A DNA stretch of 64,000 nucleotides from a virus. Below are positions 26,567 through 36,494 of the stretch, piece after piece (position 1 is the first letter of the stretch; the number at the start of each line of letters is the position of its first letter). Both the position numbers and the translations under genes were made by a program. The notes beneath the pieces were generated by a model, which worked only from the letters and a program-made list of their open reading frames with translations, did no database searches and was not told where the DNA came from. The stretch covers positions 32,001 through 96,000 of IMG/VR virus record IMGVR_UViG_3300035670_000068. One strand, 5' to 3'.

Positions 26567-27169
26567 TTACAACACCGGAATCAACGGATCAGATATCACC
26601 AAGTTAGTGCCATCAGTCATGAAGTTAGCCGGATTCTGCAGGTCAAGAAGAACATCGTGGTCGCTCTTCTCGATGTAGTCGGATATCGCCAACAATGCCC
26701 AGGACACCGATGCCGAAAACATCCTTGAAGCCGTCAGGTCTTTCAGCGCTCTCGCATGGGAAAACTTGCCCAACTCCGGCTTCTCTCCAAGCTCGCGCGC
26801 TGCAAGCCTGAAATCAACTGCGCTGGCTACGGCTTTACTCTCCAGAACCATAGTTTCATTTTCCCACTTATCCAGCGGGCGCAACTTGACCACTTCCAGC
26901 AGAGATATTTGACCGTAGTCCTGGCAGTTGAAACTTCCGTAGTCGTTCACCAACTTGGGAACACCTGGCACTCCAGACTTCAAACGAACAAAGTCTGGAT
27001 ATACCGGGTCGCAAGTTAGTTTGAGAACCGTATTGTCGGTGCATTCGTAGACGATTGAATAACAGCCGCGACCGACAATTTTCTTGCCGGTCAGAACTGG
27101 AAACTTCTCAATAATCAAATCCCGGTCTGGGTCGAATGACTCAGTGCCGGATTCACCGAATGCCATCAT
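26567..27169 (-). CDS. Protein-kinase-like fold protein
   Basis: VGRGCYSIVY (Gly loop), VLKLT, DLQNPAN, ISDP. Confidence 0.65.
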   Translation of the reverse strand: MMAFGESGTESFDPDRDLIIEKFPVLTGKKIVGRGCYSIVYECTDNTVLKLTCDPVYPDFVRLKSGVPGVPKLVNDYGSFNCQDYGQISLLEVVKLRPLDKWENETMVLESKAVASAVDFRLAARELGEKPELGKFSHARALKDLTASRMFSASVSWALLAISDYIEKSDHDVLLDLQNPANFMTDGTNLVISDPLIPVL

Positions 27170-27660
27170 TACGACCAGCCCCCGATATTGATGCCTTTCG
27201 CGCTCGCTGCTTCCAGGAGCTCTTCGTCAACATCGATGGCCAGCTCCTTCATCACCGGCGCCAGCTCGTTGCCCTCTTCAACCAGCACCATTTCCCCGTC
27301 CTCGTCTTCGTCGAGGTAGGAGCCTGTGTATTTCAGGAGAACGTCTTCATAGGCAGCCATCGCTGCAGACTTGGTGCGGAAGGTTTCGGTGGCGCCGTGA
27401 TCGATCACCCAGCCCTTGTCTTCCAGGACACTCTCTTCCTCCCACTCGCTCTTGCGAACCTGGAGGCGGGTGCGAACGAAGATGCCGTGCGAATGCCGGT
27501 ATTCGGCGGGGAGCTTCTTGTCGTAGCGACCGATCCACTCAACCGCGATCCAGATGCGGTCGTTGCGGAACTCTTTGATGATCCAGTCCTTGCAGTGGCT
27601 CTTTTCCTCCCACTGCTTCTTCGACAGGCCTTTGCCGTCAATGTCCTGGTAGATGAACAT
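27169..27660 (-). CDS. Hypothetical protein, C-terminal IGGWS
   Basis: AGGAG RBS; operator-like site at 27677-27694 upstream. Confidence 0.75.
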   Translation of the reverse strand: MFIYQDIDGKGLSKKQWEEKSHCKDWIIKEFRNDRIWIAVEWIGRYDKKLPAEYRHSHGIFVRTRLQVRKSEWEEESVLEDKGWVIDHGATETFRTKSAAMAAYEDVLLKYTGSYLDEDEDGEMVLVEEGNELAPVMKELAIDVDEELLEAASAKGINIGGWS

Positions 27661-27837
27661 GATGTTTTAGCTCCTGTAACTAACGGTTTAGTTAGCCATC
27701 CTCTCAAAAAAACGGGCCATATTTCATGCCCGCAAGAGAGATCAAAAATCAGCTAAAACACACGGAAGACGATATTTCCGCGTGTTTCAGTATGTCAATT
27801 TACCGCTAAATATTCAACATCCTCCTGAATTGTGGTT

Positions 27838-28416
27838 CTAAATGCCAACAAATTGACAGGGCTTGTCGAACATGCCGAACTCGATGCCGTTCCAGTAGGC
27901 TTTTTCAAGCACCTCAACGTCGTAATCGGCGGCGTGAGCAGCATCCGGGTCGTAATCAACGCCAGTTGCCCAGCAAAGCTCTCTCAGGTTCGGAACCTTA
28001 CCGAACCCGGTAGATGGTCGGCCTTTCAGCATCGTATCGAACACCTTGATCGGCGGCACTCGATAGCCCAAACGAATCAACTCCAGGGCGATGAAGGGTG
28101 CGTCAAAACCTTCGCCATTATGGGCGACAAAAATCTGACACATGGACATGATCTTGTGGACCTTCGGGGCAACATCCTCCCAAACCGGGCAGCCACGCAG
28201 GTCAGTGATCGAAATCCCATGCACTGCTTGAGCGCCTGGATCGATATCACGCATGGGGTTGATACGCTGATTCCAGGTCGAGCCGACCTTGCGCTTATCG
28301 CCCGTCGCCGGGTCGTATTTCCAGACACCGAAAGCTACTTCGATGATGCGGTGGCCGGACTCCTGGCTCAAGCCAGTGGTCTCGATATCGCCAACGCAGA
28401 TGTTGATGGTGCTCAT
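27838..28416 (-). CDS. DEDDh 3'-5' exonuclease (DnaQ-like)
   Basis: DIETTG, VAHNGEGFD, AHAADYD. Confidence 0.92.
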   Translation of the reverse strand: MSTINICVGDIETTGLSQESGHRIIEVAFGVWKYDPATGDKRKVGSTWNQRINPMRDIDPGAQAVHGISITDLRGCPVWEDVAPKVHKIMSMCQIFVAHNGEGFDAPFIALELIRLGYRVPPIKVFDTMLKGRPSTGFGKVPNLRELCWATGVDYDPDAAHAADYDVEVLEKAYWNGIEFGMFDKPCQFVGI

Positions 28417-28865
28417 ACCAGCTCCGTAAAGCCGCGCTTTGTCAGTCCTTCTGCCAGCTCGTTGAAGTGCTGGCAGGCCCATTTGTACTCGTCATCTGCC
28501 GAGTCGTTCTTGATTTCCTTCGTGGCCACGCGAACATCAGGCTGACGAACGATCGCAGTCATCAGCACTCGGCCAGACTCGCGATCCAGCTTGAGGATCA
28601 CGATGCGCTCAGCGGTGTAGAAGGCACGAACATCGCCGGCATCGATGTGCGACAAGCTCATGCGGCGCTCAGACGCCCACCTGCTGTACTCGTCTGGAAT
28701 CAGGCCAAGAAGAGCCATATCCAGGGCGATCAAAGCATTGAAGAAGGCGTTGTCGCTCAAGCACCCGCGCTTGTACTGGTTATCGAGCCAGGAATAGGCC
28801 TCACCAGCTTTGCGAGTAAGCTCTTCGGACAAGCTGAAATCTTCTGCCTGCATGACCATGATCAC
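28413..28865 (-). CDS. Hypothetical protein
   Basis: Coupled ORF; start uncertain. Confidence 0.6.
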   Translation of the reverse strand: MIMVMQAEDFSLSEELTRKAGEAYSWLDNQYKRGCLSDNAFFNALIALDMALLGLIPDEYSRWASERRMSLSHIDAGDVRAFYTAERIVILKLDRESGRVLMTAIVRQPDVRVATKEIKNDSADDEYKWACQHFNELAEGLTKRGFTELV

Positions 28866-29075
28866 GCACTCGCCAGCCGACGCTTCTGACGAATCCGGCT
28901 GCACTTCGAATGGTTAGTGGTGGCGTTACGGTGCCTGCCGCAAACGTCGCAGTAGGAATTGCACGCCTTCACGATGCTGCGCATACGCAGCGGGACAACC
29001 TTGAACTCTTGCATATTGGAACTCACTCACTCGTTACTGATTTATTATGACAGCGCTACGACGGCAGGGGTTGGG

Positions 29076-29432
29076 TCACAGCCCTGCCCTCTCTTCTGCT
29101 GCCAGGAGAGCGTCACGACGCTTCGAGAAGCCGATGCAGGCGACGTTCTTGCCGCACGGCTCGCCCGTTGGGTAAACAGCCACGCTATCCGGGTCATCGA
29201 CAGCCTGAGCGTTCTTGATCATCCAGTCGGGCAGACAGGAAATGCTCGGGCTCTGCTGGTTCTCGTCATAGACCCAGCAAGTGACCTGGCGAACCTTGTC
29301 GTGGCGCACACTGACGTAAGGGAACGGCTCGTTGATCGACTTGTGGCGAGCTTCACGAAGGCGCTCAGCGTCAGTTTGAGGCTTGCAGCCGGCGATAATC
29401 AGAGCAGCGGCGATCAGGATCAGGCGCTTCAT
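29076..29432 (-). CDS. Lipoprotein
   Basis: Lipobox IAGC. Confidence 0.7.
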   Translation of the reverse strand: MKRLILIAAALIIAGCKPQTDAERLREARHKSINEPFPYVSVRHDKVRQVTCWVYDENQQSPSISCLPDWMIKNAQAVDDPDSVAVYPTGEPCGKNVACIGFSKRRDALLAAEERAGL

Positions 29433-29824
29433 GAGAACATTCCTATGCCGAGCTTCTCGGCGTTCTGAGCGATTTCCAGTCGAACAGCTTCGACCAGGCG
29501 CTCCAGGGTTTGACGATCCAGAGCCAGGTCTTTGCCGACTCGCTTCATGACCGCGATGAACTGGCCCTGCATAGCGTCACTGGACGCCAGCAGCGCTTCG
29601 CGAACCATGCTCTCGATCATGGCCTCGTCGGAGATCACCTTTTCGAGAGCTCGACTCACCGCAGCCTTGATCACCAGCTCGTTGCCGGTGATCACCTGGT
29701 CGACCATTCGATTGACCTGAACCTTGATCTGAGAACCGCTGCCGAGCATGGCGTCGCGGATTGCCTGGTGAGCAGCAGCCTCAACTGTGCTCTGCAGGCC
29801 GGTGATGGTCAGAGAATCAGTCAT
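29429..29824 (-). CDS. Hypothetical helical protein, C-terminal IGMFS
   Basis: Coupled ORF. Confidence 0.7.
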   Translation of the reverse strand: MTDSLTITGLQSTVEAAAHQAIRDAMLGSGSQIKVQVNRMVDQVITGNELVIKAAVSRALEKVISDEAMIESMVREALLASSDAMQGQFIAVMKRVGKDLALDRQTLERLVEAVRLEIAQNAEKLGIGMFS

Positions 29825-30086
29825 CAGCCCTGATCTCCAACTTGCCCCCGTTCTTCTCCATGCTCGACTTCGCGGCGAGGATCATGCAAACGTCCTCTTC
29901 GGTCTGGCTGTAGCCTGCAGCGCACTTCGCAGCCATCGGATCGATGCCAGCTTCGATTGCGCGGTTGATGGTGTTCAGCTCAGCTTCGGTTTCCTGGGAC
30001 TTACAGGAAGCGATCTGACCCACAGCGATAGAGAGGGAGATAACGGCCGCGACACCGAATATCGTCCAGCCTTTCGTTTCGTCCAT
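29817..30086 (-). CDS. Membrane-anchored hypothetical protein
   Basis: N-terminal TM helix. Confidence 0.65.
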   Translation of the reverse strand: MDETKGWTIFGVAAVISLSIAVGQIASCKSQETEAELNTINRAIEAGIDPMAAKCAAGYSQTEEDVCMILAAKSSMEKNGGKLEIRADD

Positions 30087-30087
30087 T

Positions 30088-30306
30088 TCAGATGCCTTTA
30101 CGGGTGTTGATGATTGCGCGGGCTTCGGTGCGATAGAAGCCGGCCGGGAGTTCGCGGATCAGGTCTTCCAGCTCGTCGTCAGGCTTGTCTGCCAGGTTCG
30201 CGACGATGGGCTCCAGGAGATCATCCTGAGCCGCATTGAGTTGGCTGATCAGCAGCTCGATCTTGCGAGCTTGATCGAGGCGCAGTTTGCGTTCTTGCAG
30301 TTCCAT
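30088..30306 (-). CDS. Hypothetical protein
   Basis: Coupled ORF. Confidence 0.6.
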   Translation of the reverse strand: MELQERKLRLDQARKIELLISQLNAAQDDLLEPIVANLADKPDDELEDLIRELPAGFYRTEARAIINTRKGI

Positions 30307-30608
30307 CAGATCACCGCCGTCATTGTCTTGGAGCCATCGCCGCTCTCGGTGGTGATCATCATCGGAGCTGCGCGACCGCCACGACGCAGGAAGGTGACGC
30401 AGCCGGCGAACATCTTGTTGTGATTGCCATCGCCATCCGGCACCAGGGAGGTGCAGAGCAGGTTGGAGCAGTCCTCGCCGTTCGGGCCTTCGCCATCGTG
30501 AGCAATGTCGAAGCTGGCCATCATGGCGATGCCGTTCTCCTGGCAGATTTCGATGATCTGACGCATCAGCGGGCTGATTTGGGCGTCGTAGATTTGTTCC
30601 TTGTTCAT
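30306..30608 (-). CDS. Hypothetical phage protein
   Basis: MNKEQIYDAQISPLM..II.IC motif. Confidence 0.7.
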   Translation of the reverse strand: MNKEQIYDAQISPLMRQIIEICQENGIAMMASFDIAHDGEGPNGEDCSNLLCTSLVPDGDGNHNKMFAGCVTFLRRGGRAAPMMITTESGDGSKTMTAVI

Positions 30609-31309
30609 GCTACTTTGACCTCGATGGGCGCCAGGTCAGCGAGGAAGCTGCGGACCTGTTCGGCGTTGACGTTGGACGGGAGAGTGGCTGGTTGATGCTT
30701 GCCGACGACTTCCAGGATCAAACCCTTGATCTCCGGCAGCTTCTCGATCAGCGACTCGACGTTGTGCGTGGACTTCACGACTTCATGAACGCCACGCAGC
30801 GCATCGAAGCTGGCCGGAGCTTTCGAGAATTTTTCGAAGACCTGGGAGCGGAAGTGAGCTGCGATCTTGGCCAGGTTCTCGCTGCCCTGCAGGCGAACAG
30901 CAACGTCTGCCATCAGATCGGCCGGGTACTTGATATCGTCGGTCTCGAAATTGACCAACACGGTATGGAGAGTGCAGTCGCTCCAGAAAACACCCAGGTG
31001 CTCACCCAGGAAGCGCCAGTCGCCACTGCCGAAGCTCTGGTGCATATCGCGGAACGAGTCGTTGCCGCCGATGAAGGCGTCATCGAGGTTCAGGTGAGTG
31101 AGTGCTTTGACCAGACCGGCTTTGTGCAGAGTCTGCCAGCTGTTGTGAAGCTCGCCGTGACCGTACAGCTCCTGGTAGAAGGCTTGGGTTTGATTGCGTA
31201 CCGCCTGACGCAGAGCATCGCGGTCAATCGCTTTGAGGATCGCGCTCTTGAAGATCGCCTGCATGATCGACTTCTTCATGGCGGCGCTGAGCTTGGTCTT
31301 TGCAGACAT
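30605..31309 (-). CDS. Hypothetical protein (possibly Nmad5-like)
   Basis: AGGAG RBS; C-terminal NVESLIEKLPE resembles the Nmad5 T.K.L...WPE motif (weak). Confidence 0.6.
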   Translation of the reverse strand: MSAKTKLSAAMKKSIMQAIFKSAILKAIDRDALRQAVRNQTQAFYQELYGHGELHNSWQTLHKAGLVKALTHLNLDDAFIGGNDSFRDMHQSFGSGDWRFLGEHLGVFWSDCTLHTVLVNFETDDIKYPADLMADVAVRLQGSENLAKIAAHFRSQVFEKFSKAPASFDALRGVHEVVKSTHNVESLIEKLPEIKGLILEVVGKHQPATLPSNVNAEQVRSFLADLAPIEVKVA

Positions 31310-31388
31310 TGGCTTACTCCTGATTGTGGTTTATGTGTAACTAACTGCTGACTGAGATTATCAGTCAGCAGTTACGGGACAGCAAGCG

Positions 31389-31955
31389 TTAAAGAGTCAA
31401 CGCCCTGATCTCTTCCACCCGCTGAGCCAGGTCAGAAGAGCGGATCGTGGAGAACTCGATGCCGTTGGCCGAGAGGATGCCGCGCAGGATAGTGTCCAGC
31501 TTATAGCTGTAACCCCAGGACAGATTCGCACGCATCTTGTCGGTGCTTCCTTCGACGAAGCACTGATTCGGCAGAACAACCAGCTTGTCGAAGAACTTGA
31601 CGTAGTTGCCCAGACAGTTGCCCAGGTAGTAGGAAAGCATGGCCTCCTGCTTCTCGGTCAGCTTGTCGTAGGTGTCAACGTCAGCCAGCGTGTAACCCAT
31701 CAGATCGATTGGGGTTCTATCAGTGATAGCGTTCTCGCCGGCGTAGCTCTGCCACTCGACACGCAGCTCGTTGAGGATCGCGTACTGGACCTCCAGGCGC
31801 TCGTCGAATGTCATGCGAACAGCCGGGTCTTTACCCAGGCGCTTGTAAACGTCGGAAGTCGAGGTCTTGCAGAAGTGGTAGCCGAGCTTGTCGGCTACCT
31901 CCTGAGCGAGAGTCGTCTTCCCGGTGCCGTGAACACCGATCAGACCGATCATCAT
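31389..31955 (-). CDS. P-loop NTPase / nucleotide kinase (AAA_28-like)
   Basis: GVHGTGKTT, ITDRTPID. Confidence 0.8.
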   Translation of the reverse strand: MMIGLIGVHGTGKTTLAQEVADKLGYHFCKTSTSDVYKRLGKDPAVRMTFDERLEVQYAILNELRVEWQSYAGENAITDRTPIDLMGYTLADVDTYDKLTEKQEAMLSYYLGNCLGNYVKFFDKLVVLPNQCFVEGSTDKMRANLSWGYSYKLDTILRGILSANGIEFSTIRSSDLAQRVEEIRALTL

Positions 31956-32617
31956 GCCGAGACTTCCTCTACCAGCTTGGTGTTCTCGACGACAGCTTCC
32001 AGGACGATCTTCGTCCAGGGCTCCAGCTCCAGACCGGATTCGAGCAGTTCGGTGGCGGTCATCGGCGCCAGCACTTCCAGCTCTTCTTCGTTGGCCTTCA
32101 CGGTCATGCCCTTCGGCAGCAGAGCGGTCAGGATCACACCGACGTGGACCCGACCCACTTCGTTGGAGTTGTCGATCAGCAGGCCGTTGTCGAACATGCT
32201 GATTTCTTCGGAAGAGGCACCTTCGAAGATCAGCTCTTCACCCAGCTCGCGGGTGGCGGCGTTGCCGATGGTCTGGAACAGATCGACCACGCTGTCCTGG
32301 TGGACGATATCAGCCAGGTCGATGTGGCCACCGAAACCTACGCTGACCTTGCCAGCGAGACGACTTTCACCGACGCCCTGGTTGCGACGATACGGGATGA
32401 AGACGGTCTTCTCTTCGTCAGCCACAGCCAGGCAGACGTAGGGGATGATCTGACGGTAGGCTTCGTCCTGCTCCAGCTGGGCGCGCTCACGGATGATCAG
32501 GTCGCTGTTGGCGTTCTGCACGAACGAAGCCATGCTGACCTGGCTCAGACCTTCCGGCAGTGTGTTCAGCGAGCCAGCGGCCATTGCGAGGATGAATTGC
32601 GGGTGTTTCTTCTGCAT
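31952..32617 (-). CDS. NUDIX-family phosphoesterase
   Basis: EQDEAYRQIIPY, ESRL..KVSVGFGGH, ATRELGEEL. Confidence 0.8.
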   Translation of the reverse strand: MQKKHPQFILAMAAGSLNTLPEGLSQVSMASFVQNANSDLIIRERAQLEQDEAYRQIIPYVCLAVADEEKTVFIPYRRNQGVGESRLAGKVSVGFGGHIDLADIVHQDSVVDLFQTIGNAATRELGEELIFEGASSEEISMFDNGLLIDNSNEVGRVHVGVILTALLPKGMTVKANEEELEVLAPMTATELLESGLELEPWTKIVLEAVVENTKLVEEVSA

Positions 32618-32633
32618 TGGTAGATGCCTTGTG

Positions 32634-33449
32634 TTAGACCAGTTGGTCGAGGGTGTGATGAAGGAAGTTGATCTCAGCCAGGGATTCGAGCCGGATCAGG
32701 AACTCGTGACCGTTGGCGAGAATGCGGATCGCATTGCGCTCACGTTCACGGGTGTAGCGGGTGACAGTGCTCAGGTGGAAAGCGTGCTCACCATCCACAG
32801 CTTTGATCTTGAGGAAGCCAGCAGGCGTCACTCGAACAGCAGTCGGCGCGAACGACATGCGGTCGTAGATGAACTCGAAGCGGCATTTTGCCTTCAATGA
32901 GTCCGGCTTGCTCAGAACAACGGTCTTCTCGACGACCTGGCTGTAGGTGCTGAGCATCTTGGCGTTGACCAGATCGCAGACGGTCTTGCCTTCCGGGAGA
33001 TCGATCTTCACCTTCAAGTGTTCTTCCGCAAAGCATTCCTGGTTTGCGTCAACCGTCGCCACATAAGCCACGTCGATCTTGTGGTCGCTGGAGAAGAACT
33101 CCTGGTAGACCGACTTGCCGCCGATGATGGTGTAGCCACACAGACCAGCAGTGTTCGCGAAGACGCCGGCGTCGATGATCGCGTCGTCCAGGCTCTGCGC
33201 GTAATACACATGCGGGATCGGCTCGTCATCGAGGCAGCCATTGGCGCTGATCACGATCATCGGACGCTCAGCAGTGGGCTTGAAACCCACGCCGATCATT
33301 TCGTTGGCAGTCACGCGGCCGACGATCAGGACGGTGCGCTTGGTGAACTTCTTGAAGTTCGCCATATCTTCTGCGGACCAGAAGGCGAGCTGGCCGTCGA
33401 AGCCGATCAGGCCGTCAGAGGTGCAGCAGATTGAGAGTTGTCGAATCAT
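32634..33449 (-). CDS. Dihydrofolate reductase with C-terminal extension
   Basis: GLIGFDGQL..W..EDMANFK..T...IVGRVT, IIGGKSVY; adjacent to thyA. Confidence 0.8.
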   Translation of the reverse strand: MIRQLSICCTSDGLIGFDGQLAFWSAEDMANFKKFTKRTVLIVGRVTANEMIGVGFKPTAERPMIVISANGCLDDEPIPHVYYAQSLDDAIIDAGVFANTAGLCGYTIIGGKSVYQEFFSSDHKIDVAYVATVDANQECFAEEHLKVKIDLPEGKTVCDLVNAKMLSTYSQVVEKTVVLSKPDSLKAKCRFEFIYDRMSFAPTAVRVTPAGFLKIKAVDGEHAFHLSTVTRYTRERERNAIRILANGHEFLIRLESLAEINFLHHTLDQLV

Positions 33450-33456
33450 GGCAGCC

Positions 33457-34437
33457 TCACACTGCAATCGGGGCTTTGATAGCCGGCAGCGGGCTGTAAC
33501 CGATCAGCTCGATATCGTCGAAGGTGTAGTCCTCTAGGCGATCACGCTTGGTCTTGATCTTCACCTTCGGATAGATGCGAGGAATCTGACCCTCTTCCAT
33601 CCGTTTCAGCTGTTCAGTCACCTGCTCCTGGTGATTGCCGTAGATGTGGCAGTCGCCGCCGACCCAATGAAGGTTCATCGGGTGCATATCGACCGTCTTG
33701 GCCATCAGGTAGGTCAGGAGCGAGTAGGAAGCGATGTTGAACGGGACGCCCAGGAAGAAGTCGGCCGACCGCTGATACATCTGGCAGGACAGACCCAGGC
33801 GCGGAACACCGGCCTCGTCCATCAGCTTCATTTCGTACTCTTCGGCTGCGATTCGAGTGTGGTTGCCCCAATCGATGCCGTACTCGCCAGAGATACGCAG
33901 CCTGGCGCGGTAGTCCAGCTGCTCGACGTAGAACTGGAACATGGCATGACAGGGCGGCAGCGCCTGCAGGCCGTTCTCAGCGTTCTCCTTCGGGCTGAAC
34001 TTCGGATCGGGCAGAACAGCCGGGTTCCAGGCGCTGACAATGTGACGACGGCTGAACGGGTCGTTCTTGAGGTTGTTCACCAGCTCAGCGATCTGGTCTA
34101 CATGAACGCCGGCACCAGGGCATTCCCAATTGCGCCACTGAGCGCCGTAGACCGGGCCAAGCTCGCCCTCTTCCGTCGCCCACTCGTTCCAGATACGGAC
34201 GCCGTTCTCCTGCAGATACTTGACGTTGGTGTCGCCGCTCAGGAACCACAGCAGTTCGTGAACAACGGACGGCCAGTGAATGCTCTTGGACAGCAGCAGC
34301 GGGAAATCGCGGCTGATGTTGAAATCCATGTTGCGGCTGAACACCGAGATAGTCCCGGTGCCAGTGCGATCTGGACGCTCGGAACCAATCATCTTGATTC
34401 CGTTGAGCGTGCCCAGGTATTCGATATCGTGGTGCAT
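33457..34437 (-). CDS. thyA: Thymidylate synthase
   Basis: [49 protein letters not shown]. Confidence 0.97.
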   Translation of the reverse strand: MHHDIEYLGTLNGIKMIGSERPDRTGTGTISVFSRNMDFNISRDFPLLLSKSIHWPSVVHELLWFLSGDTNVKYLQENGVRIWNEWATEEGELGPVYGAQWRNWECPGAGVHVDQIAELVNNLKNDPFSRRHIVSAWNPAVLPDPKFSPKENAENGLQALPPCHAMFQFYVEQLDYRARLRISGEYGIDWGNHTRIAAEEYEMKLMDEAGVPRLGLSCQMYQRSADFFLGVPFNIASYSLLTYLMAKTVDMHPMNLHWVGGDCHIYGNHQEQVTEQLKRMEEGQIPRIYPKVKIKTKRDRLEDYTFDDIELIGYSPLPAIKAPIAV

Positions 34438-34449
34438 CTAACTAAGCCC

Positions 34450-34755
34450 TTAGTGAGTCATGGCGACAGGTTTATCGGAGCAAGCCTGAGCGATAGCCAG
34501 AGGCTTGCAGTATTCGTCGGCAATCCGCTGCTCGTCCTTGCCGTTGAAGATTGCTTTGCAGGCGTAGAAACGATCGTTCACCTGCTCAGCCTTGCCCTGG
34601 GGGCATTGAAACGTCACCTGCTGGTCTGCGAGCGCCAGGGTGACAGTCTCGTACTTGTTGGCATCAGCAAGAGCTGCAATGGAGCTCAAGCCGATGCCAG
34701 CGATCAGGGTTACAACTGCAGCCCGGTTGCAGGCCACTCGAACCAAACTACTCAT
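34450..34755 (-). CDS. Exported hypothetical protein
   Basis: Signal-peptide-like N-terminus, Cys residues. Confidence 0.55.
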   Translation of the reverse strand: MSSLVRVACNRAAVVTLIAGIGLSSIAALADANKYETVTLALADQQVTFQCPQGKAEQVNDRFYACKAIFNGKDEQRIADEYCKPLAIAQACSDKPVAMTH

Positions 34756-34840
34756 AGTCGTCTTCCTTAATTTAACCAAAAAGACTCTTTGTTTGTTTCA
34801 AGGCCAAGCGCCAAATCTCGGCCCGGTGTTTCTTCCAAAC

Positions 34841-35089
34841 TTAGCAGTCACAGCCGCTACCTTCTTCGCAGTAAGCCTGGTCGCAATCGCTATACTCTTC
34901 GTCAACCTCGAAGTCGTCGCTGTCTTCGCTCACCCATGTATCGTCTTGGTCGGGCTCGTCTTCGTCCAGCCGGGTCTCGTCAGCCTCTTCGTAGGAGATC
35001 GAGTAGTGCATCGTCTCAGCTTCTGCAGCCACAACTGCAGTATCAATAGACAGAACAAGAGCGATAGCAACCGCGACCCGCTTAATCAC
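34841..35089 (-). CDS. Exported, highly acidic small protein
   Basis: Signal peptide, D/E-rich body, Cys-rich tail. Confidence 0.5.
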   Translation of the reverse strand: MIKRVAVAIALVLSIDTAVVAAEAETMHYSISYEEADETRLDEDEPDQDDTWVSEDSDDFEVDEEYSDCDQAYCEEGSGCDC

Positions 35090-35413
35090 TTACTTTTCCT
35101 CGTACACATGGAGAACAAAACCCCCGTCCGAATAGAGAACGGTGTTCTTGAAGGTGTACTCGTCCCTGAGCATCTTGGCAGCTACCGGGTTCAGTATGAC
35201 GCCGGTAGCTAGCAGAACGAACTTGCGAACGGTCTTGTGCGGGGTGTGAGGGTCAACCCAGGCCCAGCAGCAGAGATCGTCACCTTGAGCTTCCACGCTG
35301 ACTACTTCTGCCCCAATTGGCATATCGACCAGCGTCACGCCCAGGCCGTTATGCTGACCAGGGCGCATGAAGCTGTTCATCGGGATTTGATACTTGAAGA
35401 GTGCCAGATTCAT
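35090..35413 (-). CDS. Hypothetical phage protein
   Basis: GGAG RBS; operator-like site at 35427-35444 upstream. Confidence 0.7.
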   Translation of the reverse strand: MNLALFKYQIPMNSFMRPGQHNGLGVTLVDMPIGAEVVSVEAQGDDLCCWAWVDPHTPHKTVRKFVLLATGVILNPVAAKMLRDEYTFKNTVLYSDGGFVLHVYEEK

Positions 35414-35441
35414 ATTTACTCCAAAGCGTCTAAGCGCTTAG

Positions 35442-36188
35442 TTAGATTCTACGCAGAGAAGAACGGGCTGTCATCTGCTCCCGAGCTTTACCAATGAGCT
35501 GCCGGGTGACGATCTTCATGCCACGCCCGAACAGCATCATCGACTGCACCAGGAGCTCTTTCGGGCTTTCTTCGACGACCTGACGAGTAGCAGCGGCCAT
35601 AGCCACATCAGATATCGGCTCTACAGTCTCAGCCTTAACTCTGGGCTTTCTGTTCATGATCCTGCGACCGTTAGACTGCTCGATGTAAGCCTGCTGAGCC
35701 GCCCCTTTGCAGACGGCCATAGAGGCGGCAACGTATGCGGAGCCATCAGCCACTTGCGTAACCTGGTCAGACTCCCACTCTGTAAAATCGATTGGCGTGA
35801 CTACAGGCTCTTCTTTGCAACCGATGCTCTTAGCGACGTAGGCTGCAATTTGATCCACCTGGCTTTGCGGGATGAATTTGCTAGCGTAGAGCCACAACTC
35901 GCATTGCAGAGTCTCCCGATTCTCGTTCGGCTTTAGCAAAATCATGAAGTCGGGAATGTTCTGAGCCTCTTTACCCAGAACGCTTCTGAACGAAGCTGTC
36001 GCCTTGTTAGAGATCACGCTTTGAGCTGGCGAGCGCTTGGTCAGTGGCCCGTGATCAAAATGAGGAAATTGAATCCGGTGGACAGCCGCGTCTTCTCCAC
36101 TCTGGCGCGCACTCATGTAGTTGAGCGCCGTGTACACGCGAGCGTGCGGAGTCATTACCGGCCAGGACATTCTTGCTTCTGTTGCCAT
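35442..36188 (-). CDS. Hypothetical protein
   Basis: 248-aa ORF. Confidence 0.65.
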   Translation of the reverse strand: MATEARMSWPVMTPHARVYTALNYMSARQSGEDAAVHRIQFPHFDHGPLTKRSPAQSVISNKATASFRSVLGKEAQNIPDFMILLKPNENRETLQCELWLYASKFIPQSQVDQIAAYVAKSIGCKEEPVVTPIDFTEWESDQVTQVADGSAYVAASMAVCKGAAQQAYIEQSNGRRIMNRKPRVKAETVEPISDVAMAAATRQVVEESPKELLVQSMMLFGRGMKIVTRQLIGKAREQMTARSSLRRI

Positions 36189-36247
36189 GTTTTCGATTCT
36201 CTGTGTAAGGGGAAGTTGGGACTTCGAAAAATTTTCGGCGGCGAAAA

Positions 36248-36448
36248 TCAGTTCCTGGGCTTGGGAATGAAGTCAGGCACGCACGACAGGTTTTCGCGGT
36301 ACAGGTAGCAGCGAACGCCATCGCCCTGAACCTCGTCGATATCCTTTTCACCGAACTCGATCATGACCTTACCGATCAGCGCGACCAGCTGGTACAGGAT
36401 GAATAGCGTCAGCAGAACGCCGAGAAGAATTTGGTTGAACTTGCTCAT
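36248..36448 (-). CDS. Small membrane protein
   Basis: GAGG RBS; TM helix. Confidence 0.65.
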   Translation of the reverse strand: MSKFNQILLGVLLTLFILYQLVALIGKVMIEFGEKDIDEVQGDGVRCYLYRENLSCVPDFIPKPRN

Positions 36449-36463
36449 GTTTCACCTCTGAGA

Positions 36464-36490
36464 GAAAGGGCGACCGAAGTCGCCCTTTTT
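36464..36490. terminator. Bidirectional-type terminator
   Basis: AAAGGGCGAC-CGAA-GTCGCCCTTTT. Confidence 0.75.
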
Positions 36491-36494
36491 ACGA

